In this document: piece by piece, positions 47,641 through 53,583 of the stretch
Numbering within the stretch: the stretch's first letter is position 1
How the letters are laid out: every line of letters starts with the position of its first letter
Origin: Psammoneis japonica
Taxonomy: Eukaryota
NCBI GenBank assembly: GCA_008632985.1
Contig: QPGO01000326.1
Location: 1 to 53,583, forward strand
Reading direction: 5' to 3'
DNA: 53,583 nt
The notes under the pieces: model-generated
The model's input: only the letters and a program-made list of their open reading frames with translations
Database searches by the model: none
What the model was told of the DNA's origin: nothing
Program-made: the position numbers and the translations under genes

Positions 47641-50445
47641 GTGACTCAACCAGGACAAGCCGATTTGTGCGCTTCTCCGTTATCGAGTTGAAACTAGTAA
47701 AGAAGAAAGAACATGTGCTTGCGAGAAGACCGGGATTGGGTGTTGGGTGAACGGTCTGTAACTTTATAGTTGATTGTTTCGCACTTGTGGCGCACATTTC
47801 TCTGTAGAAAAGATCGCTGACCAAGGCGTTTTTGTATGATAGTTCGTCTTTGTCTTCATGCTAAAGGGCAACACAACGTTTCGAAACAAAAACAAACATC
47901 ACAACCATTCGTACGAGTTGACTATCGTACCGTACAAAAACCCATGACTCTAGAGAGAGCTTCTCTCTCTAGTAGCTACTACTCTAGTGCAAGACAGGGG
48001 ACACAATCTGTCGGAGGGAAGTTTCAGTCGTGATAGTCCAGTGGCGTGTTGAATCCCACGGAGAGCGAATCATCTTACGCGGAAGTTGCCCCCCAAAGAG
48101 GACGAGTCCCAGGGAGAACAATTCTGGGACAGTTGGAAGAACAGCCCTCACAGAAGAGTTCAGAATTTAGAGAAACAGCATGGTGATGCACTTTGTTGTC
48201 ATTAAGAGGCTGCAGGAGTGCCTGTCAAACAAGACAGATGAGGTGCAGTGTGTCAGCCCATTGAGGTCTCGAGCCCACAAAATTTCACGTCTCATCTCCT
48301 CGCACCTTTCTCCACTTGCTGCTTTCATTCTTTGCATGCTTTCTGTTTGGTGTTCTGTTGCTGTTGACTCTGGGTTGACCCTGCCTTGCTCCTGCTTGCA
48401 ACAATGTGTGGTGCCAGCCATGCAGCTCTGCCAATCGCCACCCTGCTGCTGCTGCTCCTCACTTGCTTTCACACTTTGTCTTGACACCCAACTGGTTGGC
48501 TGTTTTGTTTTAGAAGCACATTGTGTGCTTTGCCCACACTCTGGATGTGATGACACACCACATCAGGAGCCTGTCATTGTGTCGACCATTGTGTGTGCAC
48601 AAAAAGCTTGCACTCATTGACGCAAAAGAAGGCTGCACAAAAGCAGCAAAGAGTGCCTGGTGGCTCAACACACAAAGAGCCACACAGCACAGTGCAAGAG
48701 CTCTGTGTGCCACAGCTTTGTTCCACCTGCAAAAAGATGATGCACCCATGAGAAATTTCTGGATTTGCTTGTCTGACAAAACAAAAAGGAGCCAATTTCC
48801 TGTGGTGAGCTGCCAAACCCTTGTTTTCACAGATGTGCCAGTGTCTCTCAAGAAGACATGAGCAAGTGTGCTGATTTCATCATGGCTGTCCCACAACAAG
48901 GGTTGCAAGGATGACAGTTTCTGTGATCTTTGTTTGAACCAAGTGACTTGCTGCTTTCCCAACTTGGTGTTGATTTGGCTCCTGGATGCATTTCCAAAGA
49001 TGTGCGCGCCTTTGCTGCAGCAAAGCAGAGCATCAGCAAAGCTTGTTGGACACAAAGACACTGGCAGCATGATGCACAACAACACTGCAGTGCTCAGGTT
49101 GTGCAAGCTCCTCAAGCAACTGAATGTGGGGGGCACACAGCACTTTTGTTCCAGTGGCTTGCTTTTTCCAGAACAGCACATTGTGAATGACACAGCTCTG
49201 CCAAGTCAGCCTGCATTTGATGCACCATGATGTGCACAGAATGTCCCTCAACCATCAGCTGCTGAGGGTCTCTTTTGTCCATGAGACTGCAAGGCAGTGC
49301 ACCACTGCTGTGTCAGACTGAAGCACTTTTTGTGCTGAAAAAAAAAAAACAAAACATGGCCAAGATGTGCCACACTGCAAGACTTGTGAAGATGGCAGTG
49401 TTGTCAATGTGGGAACACTGTCCCAGAGGAGCCATGTGTTCAGATTGGGCCATTGATGCCCCCTTGCGTTTCATGCAGATGCACCCATGTGTTCTGCCTG
49501 CCAAGCCTTCTTGGTGGGTGTGTGCTGCTGTGGCTGCAGCAGCCCCTTTGCCAGAGCCACAGCACATGTTGTGTGTGTGCGGGAATTGCCCTCATTGACA
49601 ATCTGATGCATCGAACAATGTCTGCTCCACATGCACAGCAACAAGAGACAGCAACAAAACATGTGGCAGTTTGCAGACACAGTCATTGATGAGACAAACT
49701 GATTGAGTGGCAGACTCATGCGCACGCAAAAGCATGTCTTTCTTGTGTGATTTTAGATTGTTGCTTCAATTGAATGCAAAAAACAAGTTTGAGAGGAAAC
49801 TGCTGGTGGCACAGCATCCAATGGTGCATTCCTCCGAACCAGGTGAGGCACAGACAGACAAAAAAGCATGAATTTAGAATCCACTCATTTAGCTTCAAAC
49901 GATTGCTCAAATTTGGAGATTTTACTGTGATGATGAGTGGCCTCTTGCAAGCTGGCCGGCCTGCATTCATTTTAGTTTTTCCAAATTTTGAGTCAAGACA
50001 CCACACGTTTTTGCCATGCTTTGATTTTTTGTGTCTCCCACGGACAGAGACGATGTTGCATTCATCAAGATGGTGTCTTGGTGGCACCACAGCAAAATTG
50101 TCAAACATTGCAAACTCTTCACCCATCAATGAATCCACTGTCACATTTGTTGATGATCATGCTGAACAACAGGGCCATGGCAGCTGCCAAAGAAACTCAG
50201 CCAATTTTTTGTGGTCATTGTGATGCACTGGCATGGTTTCATGAAGTCATTTTGCATCACAATTCTGTGTCTGATTCAGGTGTTTCATTTCTTTCTACTT
50301 TGCTTGGGTCACCTGAGATTTCTCATGAAAAGCTTTTGAGAACTTGTGGTTTGTTGAAGGTGAAATTCCTTTGCATGATTGGAGACTTGGGCGCCATTCC
50401 AAGGTTTGAAAAAAGAGCAAAAAAGCGTGATGTGCCCCACTGCAA

Positions 50446-50727
50446 ATAGAAAAGGAGCAACCTTTGTTCATGCATTGGAGGCAGAGGACAATGTTGGCAA
50501 TGCAGCGGATGTGCTGATCCCAAGCAAACCTGCTTTTGCACTTGTTGCTTTTTTGCATCAACCAGCATCAAGTGGCTCAAGACATTGAAGCATCCAAGGC
50601 TGTCACAACAAACTTTCAAAGTCAAGTGATGGGTGTCAGCCACATCATTTGCATGATGTTGCCATGGGAAAACCCAGTCTGCCTTTTTCAAGTGTGGCTC
50701 ATCTTTGAAGTTGCATCTGCAATTTAA
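50446..50727 (+). pseudogene. Remnant of a conserved domain often found N-terminal to TPR/kinesin-light-chain-like repeats
   Basis: FCINQHQV...HIICMMLPWENPVCLFQVWLIFE resembles the recalled CINQH...PWxxPxYLxRxWCxFE motif. Confidence 0.45.
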
Positions 50728-51283
50728 AAGGGGAAAATGATGGTTGGAGCAAAAGATGTCAAGACACCATTGGTGCTCCTCTCTGCACAGGCAGCTCAGC
50801 TCTTTTTCTGTTGCTTTCTTCTTGACATGTGATTTTGACCAGTTGCTCCTCGACAAATGATTTTGACTGGTTGCATCTTTTGGACAATGATGAAAATTCA
50901 GCTCTGTTTGTGCCAACACCACTTCTCCTCTGTGACTGAATCATCCTGGATGGAAGTGACTGGTGCAGCAGCAGTGGACATGCATTGTGAGCAACAAACA
51001 ACTCTGGACCAAGCAATGCTTGATTTGACAAACAATGGGACAGCTTTGCATTCATTTTGTTGCTTGTTGCTTGTGCAGCACTCAGTCTCTGTCTGCTCTC
51101 TGGCTGGAGCAGCCACTGGAACAGAGCAGTTGTTGTTTCTCTGCCAGTGGTGTGTCCACACAGATGCCATGACACCACACATGCCATTTCTGTCTGTGCC
51201 AGAACTTGTGCTGATTCTGCAGGATGGCATGTGAGATGCCATGTTTGTTTGTGACAGTCACTTGGAACTTGTGCCACTCCAAT

Positions 51284-51355
51284 GGGTCTGTGCCCAAAAG
51301 GCAAAAGTTCAAGTTGCAAGGGTCTGTGCCTAAAAGGCAAAAGTTCAAGTTGCAA
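51284..51355 (+). repeat. 36-bp tandem duplication
   Basis: GGGTCTGTGCC(C/T)AAAAGGCAAAAGTTCAAGTTGCAA twice. Confidence 0.95.
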
Positions 51356-52766
51356 GATGCAAGGCGCCATCATCATGGGCACACAACATTGCACCACACT
51401 CTGCCCCAACCTCTTGCCAGCACACTTTCTGTCAACATTTGTCTTGAGGAAGAAGAGATGTTGTGATGGATGATCCATTTGTTCCTCTGACAAATTCTGC
51501 AAAAGAGTTGGATGCAGGAAGGTTGTTGTGTCTGCAACAATGATGATGATGGGCTTGAATTGAATGGTGCGGTGTTGAGTGGCAAGTCTGTTGCTCTGTG
51601 GGAGGCACATGATGTTGACCCTGTTGACTGTGATGCACCACTAACTTCATTTTCTGACAGGCACAAACAATGCAGAAATGATGTGGAACATGGCTCACTC
51701 TGATGCTGGAGAGCTTTTGGAGCAACACTCCTTCCCAATGCTCCTTGTCAACATGATTTTGGCAGACAATCATGAGAATTTTCACATTGGCTTGTGAGGA
51801 CTGTGAAGCTTTTTGTGGAAAGACAATCATCCAACAAATGCCCAGCTGTTTGTCTGTGGCTCCACCACCCAAGGATCATGAGAGAGCAATGACAGTCACA
51901 CCAGATTGAGCTGCAGCTTGCTGTGCAAACTTGGCACCATGCAATGGAAATGGAAGTGGCACATGCTGTGTGTCTGCAGCAGCTGGTCTTTTCTTGATGG
52001 TGTTGATGATGCATTTTTTTCTTTCACCAACAGAAAATGGCAATGGCTGACCCTGTTTCCTGAAAAGTGCCGCTGCACAGCAGCAGGTGTGTTGATGCAT
52101 GCACATGTGTTTCTTGTCTTTTCTTCCATTTCAGCTTGCCTTTGCAATTCTCCTGTGGCTCACTTGTTTTCAGCTCTTGGAGAAACTCTGCCACTGGAGT
52201 CAGTTTGGTCACACATGCTGGATGCCTGCTGTTTTGTCATGATGGTCATGCTGGCCTTTGCAATTCTTCTCTTGTGGCTTGCTTGTTCCCATCTCTTGGA
52301 GAAGCTGGAGAGATTCAGTTTGGTTGCAAACGCTGGGAGGCTGCATTGTCTTTCAGCAACAACACTCTGCCGAGTGCCAGTTCACCCACCGAGCTGACCA
52401 ATCCAAGCAAAGCCACAGGACAGCATGCTCGGGCAAGTCTGCATGCAAGACAATGTTGGTTCTTTTTGATGAAATTCAATGGGCGGGTGATGGAAGTGAG
52501 TCTGGCAACACCATGCAGCAAATGCCAAGTTGCGTGGTCACACTGAATCAGACAATGTCATGCAGCAAATGCTGAGCTGCACAGTCACACCATGTGTTGT
52601 GCATCAATCTCAAGTTTGTTGGGAAATTGGCCCTTCTTGCATCCAGGTTGGCAGCAGATGCATGGATCACTGCTTGTCCTGTGCTCGTCAATGCAGGTCA
52701 ATGGATCCTTGGTCCCAATCCTTTTGACACAGCGGCGTGCCACACTCCACACACAGCACCACATTG

Positions 52767-53583
52767 TCATGGTGCATTTGCTGCACTTCCAACACATCCA
52801 ACAATTTTGTTGATGTGGTTGACCAACATTGTGCCTGCTCTAAAGTTGCTTCTCTGTTGGAGGTCTTGCAGCATCACCAGCATCATCAGTTGTTTGTTTG
52901 AGTGGCTCCACTGCCAGCGTGGATGGTCAACTTTGAGTGAGACAGCCCCGGTCAGGCCTGGTGCTTGAGGCCTTTGCAGAGCACATCTGAGAATTTTCTT
53001 GCCTTCATCTTTTGCCCATGAGTGGTTTGGTTGAGGTGCCAGCAGAGTTGGTGAAGATCCACTGCTGACTCTCCCACAGTGGTGATGAGGAGCTGGAACC
53101 AGCAGCAACAGCAAGTTGGTCATGATTGCTCCAAACCAAGAATGTCCTGTGTCTTTGCTTGTTGTGTTCATTGACAATTGGGAGACATTTGTGCAGAAAC
53201 TCACAGAGTTTTGGGCACAGGAGATCTTCAATGCCATTTCTCTGCACTCGTTCTCAAAGTTTGACACACAAGGGGTGTCAGATGGAGTTGCAAGCCCACA
53301 TGTTGGTGTAAAATGTGCAATGTTCGTTTCACTCCATGTGCAACCAAGTGCTGTCAAATTCACTCCCACAATTTCCGTTGCAAGCACAACCCATTTTCCA
53401 GCCAAATGATTGGGGTGTTGTGCCATCATGATTCATTGTGCAGCTGCCTTTGGGAAAAAAGCTGCACTGTTCTTTACAACGAAAGTCGAGTGAACATTGA
53501 GAAATTTCCGGACTTCCATGCAACTCATGATGCTGCCGAACCATGCATTACCTCCAACCCAGCCACCTTCCTTCACACCAGCT
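52767..53583 (-). mobile_element. piggyBac-like (PGBD/IS4-fold) transposase remnant, running off the window end
   Basis: VGGNAWFGS, HSTFVVK..FFPK, AGKWVV, TCG, EFLHKCLPIVNEHNKQR match recalled diatom piggyBac-like motifs (GDAWFGS; FLYEYLPLIDEHNKQRQ); left edge approximate. Confidence 0.72.

Larger units (their letters stand above)
48180..53583. other. TpA- and CpG-depleted domain of decayed repeats/pseudogenes
   Basis: Very few TA or CG; strong TG/CA excess. Confidence 0.78.

Overview
Eukaryotic nuclear DNA, most likely a pennate diatom (short GT-AG introns, SAF plastid-targeting motif, xDEL ER-retention signal, CoDi-type Copia, diatom-type LRR receptor-like gene). The window is a mosaic of two domain types. 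Ordinary gene islands carry an LRR gene, a membrane protein, larB, an ER prolyl 4-hydroxylase-like gene, a plastid Rossmann-fold protein, a RETSAT/CrtISO-like FAD oxidoreductase, a large unknown protein, a 1-Cys peroxiredoxin and three secreted Lys/Arg/Ala-rich paralogues. Roughly half the window consists of sharply bounded blocks (about 1-2050, 7700-10000, 13200-20600, 32300-44900, 48200-end) holding a complete 7.2-kb Copia with TSD, a Ngaro/DIRS tyrosine-recombinase retroelement, a piggyBac-like remnant and dead host-gene copies. The main finding is that TpA is almost erased in these blocks. Conserved Tyr codons have become His or Cys, and duplicated copies differ by reciprocal TG/CA swaps. 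This points to a repeat-targeted TpA->TpG/CpA (A:T->G:C) hypermutation process, the opposite of fungal RIP and distinct from CpG decay, or to a base modification at TpA miscalled during sequencing. Several ordinary genes show 1-nt deletions in short runs, suggesting an imperfectly polished long-read assembly. All family assignments are from motif recognition by eye; no searches were run.
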